From: a virus
Lineage: Duplodnaviria; Caudoviricetes
Direction: 5' to 3' (one strand)
DNA: 48,392 nucleotides
Virus record (IMG/VR): IMGVR_UViG_3300025084_000046
Location: 1-48,392 of that record
Shown piece by piece: positions 29,100 through 38,057 of this stretch; positions within the stretch are counted from its first letter, which is position 1; every line of letters starts with the position of its first letter. The notes beneath the pieces were generated by a model. That model was given only the letters and a program-made list of their open reading frames with translations, did no database searches and was not told the DNA's origin. Position numbers and translations under genes: made by a program.

Positions 29100-29329
29100 A
29101 GTTTACTCGTGGTATGATGGTTCAGTATCACGCCACTAAAGGGTGGGTAGATTTTATTTGTGATAGGTATATCACTATTTGTTATATCGATCGACCTGAC
29201 CCATCATGCCGTCATGGTCGTTATCAGTCAACCTTATGTGTTTTTCGAGAGTATTGGGATGAAGTATGCAGTTGTGTGGATGAAGAACAAGAAGAAGGGG
29301 CAAGCAAAGCAGCAAGCGATCTTCTATAA
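29096..29329 (+). CDS. hypothetical protein
   Basis: GTGA-coupled start. Confidence 0.55.
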   Translation: MKFTRGMMVQYHATKGWVDFICDRYITICYIDRPDPSCRHGRYQSTLCVFREYWDEVCSCVDEEQEEGASKAASDLL

Positions 29330-29417
29330 TTTGGATGATGCTAGCATGTGGGAACAGCACATTAACAAAACAGAACACGTTAAGACTGATATTATCCCTA
29401 TTTTTAGTGAGAGTTAA
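29259..29417 (+). CDS. hypothetical protein (52 aa)
   Basis: MKYAVVWMKNKKKG..; TAATG-coupled to next gene. Confidence 0.55.
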   Translation: MKYAVVWMKNKKKGQAKQQAIFYNLDDASMWEQHINKTEHVKTDIIPIFSES

Positions 29418-29983
29418 TGTTAGACACTTTTGTTATACGCCAACTTCGGATTGACAACCTAACATTAACTAGTATGATCACTGAGTTGGATAGTATAGGA
29501 GAGTGGAAGAAAGCAACAACTGTCAATAATACTATTGGTAACAACTGGAGATCTAGTAAGGTCAAGTTTATTCATTCATCTCATTACATTGGAGAGTTAT
29601 GTCTAAACAATGTAGCAGATGTTAATAAGCAAGGATATAATTATGATCTTCGTTGCTATGACAATGATGAGTTTCAGTACGCACACTATAGTATAAATGA
29701 TTATTACAACTGGCATGTTGATATTCAAAAGAACTGTAGTGAAGTATTTGTTAGGAAACTTTCATTTTCCTTGGTCCTAAATGATGATTACGATGGTGGT
29801 GTGTTGGAGATAGCAATACCAAACTCCCCAGATGTTGATAATCCATATAATATATTCCAGGTTCCTAGAAAACGCGGTACATTGATAGTATTTCCAAGTC
29901 ATTTACTTCATAGGGTTACACCTGTGACATATGGTATCAGGAAAAGTATTGTTGGTTGGTTCGTGGGTCCACCACTTCGCTAA
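29417..29983 (+). CDS. PKHD-type 2OG-Fe(II) hydroxylase
   Basis: YYNWHVD, RKLSFSLVLNDDYDGGVLE, FPSHLLHRVTPVT.GIRKSIVGW. Confidence 0.92.
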   Translation: MLDTFVIRQLRIDNLTLTSMITELDSIGEWKKATTVNNTIGNNWRSSKVKFIHSSHYIGELCLNNVADVNKQGYNYDLRCYDNDEFQYAHYSINDYYNWHVDIQKNCSEVFVRKLSFSLVLNDDYDGGVLEIAIPNSPDVDNPYNIFQVPRKRGTLIVFPSHLLHRVTPVTYGIRKSIVGWFVGPPLR

Positions 29984-30025
29984 CTGGACTAGGGGGTTGA
30001 CACAGACCCCAAACTCGTGTATATT
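29982..30025 (+). promoter_or_regulatory. early promoter: AACTGGAC box + TTGACA-N17-TATATT
   Basis: TTGACA 29997-30002, TG-extended TATATT 30020-30025. Confidence 0.75.
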
Positions 30026-30098
30026 AGGTTCATGGGAGAGGAAGCGCCCTAAAGACTCCACATTCTATAATCCCACCCATGTAGGTGGCGTCATTCCA

Positions 30099-30800
30099 AT
30101 GACTGTAATGTTCAAATCCGATCTTTCAAAAGTTCGTATCACACGCCAATTTGAGACAAATATCGCTCTTGCTGAGGGTATTTGTCATACAGAGAATATC
30201 AGTGACTCTGATCTTAAGCAATTGATTAACTTCAAGTCGCTTGATCGTCTTGCTGAACTCCTTCGTACCAGTCGTGAGTATATCTACGAGAAGTGCAAAG
30301 CAGACTATGAGTTTGCTTTAGCAGTTGCTCATGGTACTGCTATTCTTGCCTCACGTCAAGGTTCAAAGGATGAATCTTACGTTCTTGATCAGATTAACCG
30401 TGTCTCTAGTGGTTATGGTATCTACGTACAATCTTTGAACAACCAGGATCTCCGTCCCACAAAGGATGGACGCCTGTTGAACAAAGCAGAGTTCCAAGAG
30501 TCTGGTCTTGATAAACTTGAGTGCCTCAAGTCTATCGATGGTGTGATCAACGGCAATGTCGAAGGATATATCTTTGCCAAGATTTGTTTTGGTGAAGGTG
30601 GACATCAGGACAACGTGTTTCATGAAGCAGCACACTTTGCTGATTGGGCACAACAGTATGGTGAGGAAGGCAAAGTATATGTCATCCTCATCGATACTGA
30701 CCTGACTAACAAGTTTGATCGCCTCAAGTTTAACTACGACTCTGACACAGTTTGGGTCGTTGATCACGTTGAGTTTCAACAACGTCTTGGTATTAACTGA
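30099..30800 (+). CDS. putative PD-(D/E)XK restriction-type endonuclease
   Basis: LKSIDG...YIFAK....GGHQDNVFHE pattern as in type II REase-like proteins; methyltransferase nearby. Confidence 0.55.
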   Translation: MTVMFKSDLSKVRITRQFETNIALAEGICHTENISDSDLKQLINFKSLDRLAELLRTSREYIYEKCKADYEFALAVAHGTAILASRQGSKDESYVLDQINRVSSGYGIYVQSLNNQDLRPTKDGRLLNKAEFQESGLDKLECLKSIDGVINGNVEGYIFAKICFGEGGHQDNVFHEAAHFADWAQQYGEEGKVYVILIDTDLTNKFDRLKFNYDSDTVWVVDHVEFQQRLGIN

Positions 30801-30821
30801 ACTCTCTTATTATTTTTTACA

Positions 30822-31859
30822 ATGACAGTCTGGCAACCTGAATTCATCCGATCAAAAATGTCATGGTTGGAGTACATGAAAATCTTAGATCACCCTGGTC
30901 AAAGACATACAGAGAAACGAGTAGAAGAAAAAAAATATCATAAGAAGATGCAGGTTCGGACTCCTGATCATATTGAGATTCCTGTTTGTGAGTGTGCATG
31001 TGATATTCCTCACCCCACTATTGCTAACCTAGTATTCAAGAAAGGCACGGAAGTTCTTGCTGATGCTCATACTCGTCGTTTGTGGTGGCAAAAATATCCT
31101 ACCCCCACAAATCCTAAACCTGAAGTATTGAATAAGAAAACCATTATGGTTAGTTCTTATGAAGAGATGCTTAAAGTTTTTAACTGGTTTAACAGTCCAG
31201 ATGATGTTAAGAAAGCAAATGATCGTATCTTTGGTGCTGCTCGTGCCATGCTTTTGCCTCGCGGTTTAAGTTTATTTGCACCTCAGTTGTTGATGGTTCA
31301 ACCATGGGAATATGCTGCTGCTGGTATCAATCCAACTGTTTGGACTCGCGGAGCACAATCAACACTTTCTGAAGCATGTAAAATTGTAGAGGAAGTTTAT
31401 CCTGCTGCAATGTGGTTTCAAGATGAAGTTCTTGATAATCTTGGTACTAATGTCAACATTTCTAGTCCTATTTTGGCATGTGTGTTGATGTCTTGGTTCA
31501 AGCATCGTGATAATGAAAAATCACTCGAACGACTTCGTGATTGGACCGTAAATGTATCTAAGGATGCAATCAATAAGAGTCAATCACCATATGAATGTGA
31601 TACCATTTTTCTTGAACATTGGCACACAAAGGGTAAGAGAGATAAGTCTCAATACATTGGTTCTGGTATTCTTAACCGTGGGGAAGAGTCTACCAGGATG
31701 CAAGGTTTTATCTTGCTCATGATTGACAAGTATGTGTCAGACGTTAGGCACAAAAATGTACCTAATACCTGGAGTGCATATTACTCGACATGGCAAAAAG
31801 AATATGCTATGATGAATAGCAACCAATCCGTTATTGAACTGCTGAATAATATTGAATGA
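30822..31859 (+). CDS. hypothetical protein with ParB/Srx-like (DGQHR-like) N-terminal domain
   Basis: N-terminal QR motif and VLADAHTRR resembling hhDGxHR; helical C-terminus. Confidence 0.45.
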   Translation: MTVWQPEFIRSKMSWLEYMKILDHPGQRHTEKRVEEKKYHKKMQVRTPDHIEIPVCECACDIPHPTIANLVFKKGTEVLADAHTRRLWWQKYPTPTNPKPEVLNKKTIMVSSYEEMLKVFNWFNSPDDVKKANDRIFGAARAMLLPRGLSLFAPQLLMVQPWEYAAAGINPTVWTRGAQSTLSEACKIVEEVYPAAMWFQDEVLDNLGTNVNISSPILACVLMSWFKHRDNEKSLERLRDWTVNVSKDAINKSQSPYECDTIFLEHWHTKGKRDKSQYIGSGILNRGEESTRMQGFILLMIDKYVSDVRHKNVPNTWSAYYSTWQKEYAMMNSNQSVIELLNNIE

Positions 31860-32830
31860 GTAAGCAACTTCTGGGTCAGTATTATACAACGACTGACCCA
31901 TTTAACAACTCTGGTGCATTTCGCTCCTGGTATCAGATGGTTCCCAAGACTACAATCTTGGAACCATTTGCAGGTGCGGGGCACCTTTTTTCGTATGTAA
32001 ATGCAGAGTGGCATGGATATGATATTGAACCCAATCACCCTGATGTAGAGTATAGAAATACATTTGAACAGTTTCCTACTGGGTACAGAGTGTGTATCAC
32101 TAACCCACCATACCTTGCGAAGACAGTAGTATCGCGTAAGAAACTACCAGTGCAACTAATACATGAGGACATGTACCTTGATGCACTACAACTAATGCTG
32201 GATAACTGTGAGTATGTCGCTGCAATCGTACCCAGTACATTCTGGAACCAAAGATTATTCAAGGATAGATTGTATGCATGGGATAAGTTTGACATGCAAC
32301 TATTCACAGACACTGATGCACCCGCAGGTGTTGCATATTTTGTTCCGCATAGAGTAGAACACACGCGCACATTTGTCAATGGTGAGGAGATTATGCTCAC
32401 ATCTGACAACACACCAACAAAAACTGATTTTCATGTGCGCTTCAACCCACGGGACCTGGCACCCATCCTCGTCAACGGAATTGACACAAATACACAGAAT
32501 AACATTCATCTCCGTATGTTACAGGACAATGATGTACCATCACTGGTGAATAGTGCTGGTGAGTGTAAGAATACTAATAGAAATCACTTCCCGATCGAGT
32601 CAACAATAGTAAAAGAGGCAGATCTACCTGCAATCAATGCCCTGATAGACCAGTGGAGAGATGAGACTATGGATTTTTTCCTTACTAGTTTCAAGTCTCC
32701 CATGGCATCAGGTAAGTACAGAAAACGGATCAGTTTCATGGAAGTCAGGTGGTTGCTTAATCGGTTCTATGCTGATAGACTATCAGAGACCCCTCCACGA
32801 TCGCCCACAAGCGTCTTGAACCACTTATGA
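31856..32830 (+). CDS. amino (N6-adenine) DNA methyltransferase, gamma-type motif order
   Basis: Motif X LGQYYT, motif I ILEPFAGAG, GYDIEP, motif IV ITNPPY. Confidence 0.9.
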   Translation: MSKQLLGQYYTTTDPFNNSGAFRSWYQMVPKTTILEPFAGAGHLFSYVNAEWHGYDIEPNHPDVEYRNTFEQFPTGYRVCITNPPYLAKTVVSRKKLPVQLIHEDMYLDALQLMLDNCEYVAAIVPSTFWNQRLFKDRLYAWDKFDMQLFTDTDAPAGVAYFVPHRVEHTRTFVNGEEIMLTSDNTPTKTDFHVRFNPRDLAPILVNGIDTNTQNNIHLRMLQDNDVPSLVNSAGECKNTNRNHFPIESTIVKEADLPAINALIDQWRDETMDFFLTSFKSPMASGKYRKRISFMEVRWLLNRFYADRLSETPPRSPTSVLNHL

Positions 32831-33006
32831 CTGACCGGACTATAGATGTGCCTCTAACGACCTCTCAGATCCTATTCTTGATGGATATGATGATGGGATG
32901 CAATCTAGGCACCACCAAAATCCATGCTATGCAGAACAACGTCGATGATGGTGCCACATACGACCAGTTAGCGAACTGTCTACAAAACGCGCACAGCACC
33001 CCATAA
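32827..33006 (+). CDS. hypothetical protein (59 aa)
   Basis: ATGA-coupled ORF MTDRTIDVPL..., read manually. Confidence 0.5.
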   Translation: MTDRTIDVPLTTSQILFLMDMMMGCNLGTTKIHAMQNNVDDGATYDQLANCLQNAHSTP

Positions 33007-33041
33007 CCATGTATATTAAGAGAGTCAAAGGAACACACCCC

Positions 33042-33287
33042 ATGCAACTCACAAACAACGTCTGTACAGTTGACTTCTTCCCTGAAGCATTCATCGCTGA
33101 CGAGGGCGTCAAGCGTTTCCAGAAGCGCGTCACTTGGAATGCTAACGGTCTCAAGTCCTACAGCACTGTAACTATGCTTACCGCACGTAATGAGTGGGAG
33201 ACACGTATTGCTAACGGTGCTACAGTTAGTGGATACAATATGTCACAGATGCCACGCTCTGAGTACATGCCGATGGCAGTAGGTTGA
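33042..33287 (+). CDS. hypothetical early protein
   Basis: Downstream of motif promoter (32974/33012) with AAGGA SD. Confidence 0.7.
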   Translation: MQLTNNVCTVDFFPEAFIADEGVKRFQKRVTWNANGLKSYSTVTMLTARNEWETRIANGATVSGYNMSQMPRSEYMPMAVG

Positions 33288-33291
33288 TCTA

Positions 33292-33432
33292 ATGAAAATC
33301 ACTCAGTATCTCTTGAGCGGCATCTTTGCCTTTGTCGCTCTCACCTGCTATCTGCTATTCTTAGCAGATCGCGACACCAAAATGATGAACTATTATGACT
33401 CAACAATCCAGCAACAAACAGTTCGTAAATGA
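33292..33432 (+). CDS. small membrane protein (46 aa)
   Basis: MKITQYLLSGIFAFVALTCYLLFLADRD, single hydrophobic helix; read manually. Confidence 0.55.
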   Translation: MKITQYLLSGIFAFVALTCYLLFLADRDTKMMNYYDSTIQQQTVRK

Positions 33433-33547
33433 TCTCTTTGACAAACTCTTCAGTCATGTTGACACTGATATGATTGACTTGCATGATGATGATTCATGCT
33501 GCGATCACCTTGAATTTGAACAACTTGCACTTGACACTACCATCTGA
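33395..33547 (+). CDS. small acidic hypothetical protein (50 aa)
   Basis: MTQQSSNKQFVNDLFDKLF...; read manually. Confidence 0.5.
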   Translation: MTQQSSNKQFVNDLFDKLFSHVDTDMIDLHDDDSCCDHLEFEQLALDTTI

Positions 33548-33809
33548 TTTTCCTCATCAACCACCAGAAGGTTTCGCTTATGAGATTCATGAACATAAGT
33601 CCAACGTCGTTGGCATTTGGATTAGGAATCACGCTCGGTTTAGTTACACTAATGAGCCTGTCCGATCGATCTGGGGATTCTACAACACAAAAAAGCAATG
33701 TTACATTGCCCCAATTAACCACAAACGTCCAGGTAAAACTGTAGACGTAAGCAACACTACGGCATACTCTGCTATGCCACTACTCAAATCATTCGTATCA
33801 ACTGACTAA
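33531..33809 (+). CDS. hypothetical cyanophage protein
   Basis: FPHQPPEG..IWGFYNTK...APIN.K.PGK...T.YSAMP; TTG start assumed. Confidence 0.7.
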   Translation: MTLPSDFPHQPPEGFAYEIHEHKSNVVGIWIRNHARFSYTNEPVRSIWGFYNTKKQCYIAPINHKRPGKTVDVSNTTAYSAMPLLKSFVSTD

Positions 33810-33811
33810 TC

Positions 33812-33970
33812 ATGTCTATTTCTGAAGTAATGCTCGACCGTTGGATTCTGGAGAACATCGATGATGCTATTCCCGCATGGGATCTAGTAGAAGACATTGA
33901 CAAGGTGAATAAGAACTGGCGTCAGAGTGCTAGTGATGAACTATCACCAGAAGCATTGGATCTACTATGA
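33812..33970 (+). CDS. small hypothetical protein (52 aa)
   Basis: MSISEVMLDRWILE...; fills the gap exactly. Confidence 0.55.
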   Translation: MSISEVMLDRWILENIDDAIPAWDLVEDIDKVNKNWRQSASDELSPEALDLL

Positions 33971-34186
33971 ATGAAACTCGATAGTAAAGCAAGAGTTGTA
34001 GGCAGCGTTGGTGTCATCACTGCCTATTTTGTTATTCTTCATGTTAATGTGATTGCTGGTGTGATGTTGAATTGTGTTGCTGATTTGATTAGCATCCCAT
34101 ACTTCATCAGAACAAAGTCATGGGATGTGGTGATCATGGTAGTGTTCCTATTCATGATCAGCATGTCTCGACTGACCACCTCGTGA
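33971..34186 (+). CDS. small multi-pass membrane protein
   Basis: Hydrophobic helices, SIPYFIRTKSWDVV motif. Confidence 0.7.
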   Translation: MKLDSKARVVGSVGVITAYFVILHVNVIAGVMLNCVADLISIPYFIRTKSWDVVIMVVFLFMISMSRLTTS

Positions 34187-34255
34187 ACTGTCCACTGAAC
34201 CAACACAGGGCATCCAAATGCCCTATACTATATTCATCAGCAAGGGACACACCAC

Positions 34256-34507
34256 ATGACCACCACAGTCGTCAAGCACTCCTTCTACAAGATCGAGATC
34301 GACACTGTTGACGCTCCCCAGCACCCTATCGTGTACTTCCGCAAGGAAGGCAAGTGTACCACTGCTAAGGGCATGGATCGTCAGCACAATCGCATCGTTA
34401 ACGAGACTGTTGAGGCATGGCGTCCATTCTCACAGCAGATCCGTCGCTACACTGTCTCTCGTGTGCCAGCTGACGTAGTGGTCGGTGGCGAGATCCGCAA
34501 GGCATAA
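34256..34507 (+). CDS. hypothetical early protein
   Basis: Downstream of motif promoter (34186/34224), AAGGGA SD, high-expression codon usage. Confidence 0.75.
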   Translation: MTTTVVKHSFYKIEIDTVDAPQHPIVYFRKEGKCTTAKGMDRQHNRIVNETVEAWRPFSQQIRRYTVSRVPADVVVGGEIRKA

Positions 34508-34541
34508 TCTGCCCTATACTATTCACATCGACACAAACACC

Positions 34542-34997
34542 ATGACTGCCACCTTCGCTGACTACGCTGCCACCCAGGATGCTCGCAACGACATCCAACT
34601 CAAGGTACGTGAGTATTGCCTGATGCTCTGTGAAGCACTAGAGCAAGACTTCAAGCAAGATAGCATCCGCCGTGCTAACTTCTTCAACCATACTGAACCT
34701 GAATACAAAGCAAAGCGTCTTGCTTCTATTGAGAGTGGTGAATGTCTGTATAAGTTCACCATTGAGAGTGGTCGTAAGTATCACAAGATCATCATGGAGA
34801 CTGATGGTGGCAATCGTAGCGTACATTGCTTCGTGAACATCAAGACTGGTGAACTGCACAAAGCAGCATCATTCAAAGCACCAGTGAAAGAACCACGTTT
34901 TGATCTTCGTGTCATCCGTGAGCGCGAGTTTGTGCTTGAGAACTGTGATTGGTCTGGTGGTTATCTGTACAAGAATGCATACTATCAGGGTGCTTGA
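34542..34997 (+). CDS. conserved hypothetical phage protein
   Basis: GRKYHKI...SVHCFV..KTGEL.KAASFKAP.K..R motif widespread in myophages. Confidence 0.8.
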   Translation: MTATFADYAATQDARNDIQLKVREYCLMLCEALEQDFKQDSIRRANFFNHTEPEYKAKRLASIESGECLYKFTIESGRKYHKIIMETDGGNRSVHCFVNIKTGELHKAASFKAPVKEPRFDLRVIREREFVLENCDWSGGYLYKNAYYQGA

Positions 34998-35045
34998 CAC
35001 TCCATCCAATACATAGTATACTAAATTCACACTGCTTCCACTCCC

Positions 35046-35282
35046 ATGTTCTATCTCGTTGCTGCTGGTAATGCCTATGCGATGGATTCTTCTACGGATA
35101 CCATGTATGGCATGACGTGTTATGATGATAACACTGTTGACATTGATGACTGCTATGACATTGCTTATGATGAAGTAGATGAGGAAGAGCAGGAATATCT
35201 TGCTCACGTAGCATATCACATGCAACAAATTGCTAAACTAACTGAAGAACACACCAAACTCAACGAGGTCTTTGTCAAATGA
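35046..35282 (+). CDS. acidic hypothetical protein
   Basis: Downstream of TTGACA-N17-TATACT (34995-35023). Confidence 0.65.
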   Translation: MFYLVAAGNAYAMDSSTDTMYGMTCYDDNTVDIDDCYDIAYDEVDEEEQEYLAHVAYHMQQIAKLTEEHTKLNEVFVK

Positions 35283-35527
35283 ACATGCTAGCAGATCACA
35301 TTAAAGAGTACATCCAACCGTATCCTAATCGTTACACTCGTGGTGATTATGAGATCCGTGTTCTTCCGCGTGAAGATCTAGACTATGATGGTGTTCAAAA
35401 GTATTGGCGCTTATTCAAGAAGTTTCCTAACGATTTTGCTGCTGCTGCCGCATCTCTACTCCCCAGTGATGTAGAATTCATTCAATACGATCACCTCGCC
35501 AACATCCTCTTCGCTACCAAATCATGA
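35279..35527 (+). CDS. hypothetical protein
   Basis: ATGA-coupled ORF. Confidence 0.7.
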   Translation: MNMLADHIKEYIQPYPNRYTRGDYEIRVLPREDLDYDGVQKYWRLFKKFPNDFAAAAASLLPSDVEFIQYDHLANILFATKS

Positions 35528-35778
35528 GCAACTACAACATTACTGACGACTCCGCAACTGTTGATCGTCTCTCACAACAACGTGATGACATCTATGACTG
35601 GTGTGTGGAGCGTTTCCGCTATCACATGGCAAACGATAACATCGATGAAGCATTAGCACTTGCTGATGAGTTCTTTGAATGGATGGACCCTGATAACATG
35701 GAGAAAGAAGAGACAGCATTCTATAATGAGGATGAACTCTTGAACCTGTATCTCTCACTCCCTGAAACTAATGGATGA
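35524..35778 (+). CDS. hypothetical protein
   Basis: ATGA-coupled ORF. Confidence 0.7.
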   Translation: MSNYNITDDSATVDRLSQQRDDIYDWCVERFRYHMANDNIDEALALADEFFEWMDPDNMEKEETAFYNEDELLNLYLSLPETNG

Positions 35779-35894
35779 TCCTATTTCAGATGAGATGCGT
35801 AGTCTTATCGTACAATACATGATAGCATGTAATGAACAACGTTATGCTGACTCTGAACAACTACTCGAACAAATCAAAGCACAAGGTGAACAAA

Positions 35895-36566
35895 ATGAAA
35901 CTACGTAATGTACTGTTAGCAGCAGCATTAACTCTCGCTACACCAGCATTTGCTGATGATAGTAAGATCACCCAAGGATACAATACCATGGATTCTCTTG
36001 GTTGTATGCTACTAGGTGAGTGTACTGATGGTGTCGAAAAAGTATACTCAATGCTTGATATCTCATCTAAGTATCCTAACACTGCAGAATTCACCAGTGT
36101 GACAGGTGAGTTTCATAATATGTTGCACTCACTCAATCAAGTCGGAGTGAATGTATTCCTTGCTGATTCAAAGTATTTCCCATCAGGTCATCGTGGTGTT
36201 TATCACACTGTGAGCAACAACTTCTTCCTGAATAAGGATTACATGGGTAAACCAGGTACTCTTATGATGGTAATGCGTCATGAAGGATGGCACGCTGCAC
36301 AAGATTGTATGGCAGGTACTATTGATAACTCACTCATTGCTATTATTATGCCAGAGGATGAAGTTCCTATGATCTGGCGTGTATTAGCAGAGCGTACATA
36401 TCCTAAGTCAGCATTACCATGGGAAGCAGAAGCAGGTTGGGCAGGTCGTACTGAAAACATGACAATGAATGCCTTAGCAGCATGTGCTGGTGGTAATATG
36501 TGGGAAGTATATGAACCAACTCCTTTGACACGTAAATACCTAGAACAGAACGGTTACATTGAATGA
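35895..36566 (+). CDS. secreted zincin-like (HExxH) metallopeptidase domain protein
   Basis: Signal peptide MKLRNVLLAAALTLATPAFA; MRHEGWHAAQDC; downstream WEAEA. Confidence 0.75.
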   Translation: MKLRNVLLAAALTLATPAFADDSKITQGYNTMDSLGCMLLGECTDGVEKVYSMLDISSKYPNTAEFTSVTGEFHNMLHSLNQVGVNVFLADSKYFPSGHRGVYHTVSNNFFLNKDYMGKPGTLMMVMRHEGWHAAQDCMAGTIDNSLIAIIMPEDEVPMIWRVLAERTYPKSALPWEAEAGWAGRTENMTMNALAACAGGNMWEVYEPTPLTRKYLEQNGYIE

Positions 36567-36710
36567 GACATCGATATGTTGTGACAATTGAATACCTTGA
36601 TGGCGGTTGCACTACTCATACTATTAATTCAACCGCCAGTGAATGGTTCATTATTCAATCAATAAAACAACATGATCGACGAATTCGTTGGTATACTATC
36701 ATAGATCAAA

Positions 36711-36944
36711 ATGACTAAATTTATTACTACTATCCAACAATTTGATGACTCGGAAGAACAATTCATCGAACTCCCAGAAGAACTCTGTCAAGAACTCGGG
36801 TGGAAAGAAGGTACAGAAATCGTCTGGCAAATCAAAGACGATGCAATCACTATCTCAGAATACAAAGAACCTAACAACTGGTACGAAGCGAAAGAAGAAG
36901 CAATCAGACAATACACTGATAGTATTAAACTCTCGCAAACTTGA
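36711..36944 (+). CDS. AbrB/MazE-like DNA-binding protein
   Basis: FIELPEELCQELGWKEGTEIVW swapped-hairpin signature. Confidence 0.7.
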   Translation: MTKFITTIQQFDDSEEQFIELPEELCQELGWKEGTEIVWQIKDDAITISEYKEPNNWYEAKEEAIRQYTDSIKLSQT

Positions 36945-37042
36945 TCTATTCCCACACCTAAATTCATTCCCTATCTTCCTACATGATCTAACTGATAACA
37001 AACGTTGTTGGTTTACTTGTACACATCACGCACAAAAGTACA

Positions 37043-37279
37043 TTGACAGATACAAACCCAAATACAAATGCTACCAATACACTGGCAAAGTATCAGTTTA
37101 ATGGTCTAGAACGTCATCCTGCTAACATACTACGTCTCATCTCTGAACTCGAAGGATCATACCAATTATGTAAATGGATGGGGTTTGAACAAGATATGCA
37201 TACTCTTGATCAAATGAAGAAACCCTACTACAAACTATACTTCAAAACAAAGAAAGAGTATGACACCAACAACAACTAA
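37043..37279 (+). CDS. hypothetical protein
   Basis: NILRLISELEGSYQL..MGF..DM..L..MK..YYKLYF; start uncertain. Confidence 0.6.
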   Translation: MTDTNPNTNATNTLAKYQFNGLERHPANILRLISELEGSYQLCKWMGFEQDMHTLDQMKKPYYKLYFKTKKEYDTNNN

Positions 37280-37466
37280 CAATACCTGGTTTACATCAAC
37301 ATCAGATAAACCTTACGATAGACATTACTACACTATCAACAACAAAAGATTTGATGATTATGAACAACTGAGACAGTATTGGTGGAATACTCCTATCACT
37401 AACCAAACAGTTATAATTCATGACTATAAGACTAAGAAGCGCACCAGTGATAGCAAGGGTTTTTAA
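37260..37466 (+). CDS. hypothetical protein
   Basis: TSDKPYDRH.Y...FDDYE..R..WW...KGF terminus. Confidence 0.65.
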   Translation: MTPTTTNNTWFTSTSDKPYDRHYYTINNKRFDDYEQLRQYWWNTPITNQTVIIHDYKTKKRTSDSKGF

Positions 37467-37774
37467 TGATACTATTGGATACTACCCAACTCTTAATTAA
37501 TCATTAAAAAAATATAGGTAAGGTGCGCTGGAGATGTTGGCTTAGCAGACTACCACTCGAAAGTCAACAAAGCATGTGACAGACCTCCAAGTGGCACACA
37601 GACCCCTCAGAAACCCTCAAAAGCACGTTATAATAGATTCATGGATTCAGAGGTTTTCTCAAAATCTTAAAAAGTCAAAAAAACGACTTTTTTAAAAACT
37701 TAAGAAACTGAGAAAGTTCGTTTTTTAAGTTTTTTTCTTTTTTTCCTTTCTTAAATCGCATTATTTAACTCCAA

Positions 37775-38020
37775 ATGACTAAGATGTACGACAATTTGAT
37801 CAGTACAGCAATTAATTCTATTAATATCACTGATAATAGTGTTATTATTACCTATAATAGTAATAAAGACAAAGAATATACATTTAACTGTGATAATACA
37901 CAAGTATTTGAAGATACTTTGTGTAAAGAACTGATATCGATTGAATTAAAGACTGGAGGATCAGTTGGTAAGTTTCTTCACAATCAAATCAAAGAGGGTT
38001 TGATTGTTGAATCTAAATAA
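37775..38020 (+). CDS. KTSC-like domain protein
   Basis: STAINSI....V.ITY....EYTF....GSVGKFLHNQIK resembles the KTSC pattern. Confidence 0.55.
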   Translation: MTKMYDNLISTAINSINITDNSVIITYNSNKDKEYTFNCDNTQVFEDTLCKELISIELKTGGSVGKFLHNQIKEGLIVESK

Positions 38021-38057
38021 TCTTGCATTCAATTGAGTTAACAATTCAAACAAGACA

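Noticed and set aside
29931-30098. Longer start for the putative nuclease
   Set aside because: It would overlap the oxygenase and span the promoter at 29997-30025.
30822-31859. Homing endonuclease interpretation of the middle gene
   Set aside because: No HNH, GIY-YIG or LAGLIDADG motif is visible.
36742-37101. 119-aa ORF overlapping the AbrB-like gene
   Set aside because: The 5' two-thirds is an off-frame shadow. The 3' part (FP..L....RCWFTC..HAQKYIDRY) may be a real small gene, but no start could be placed.
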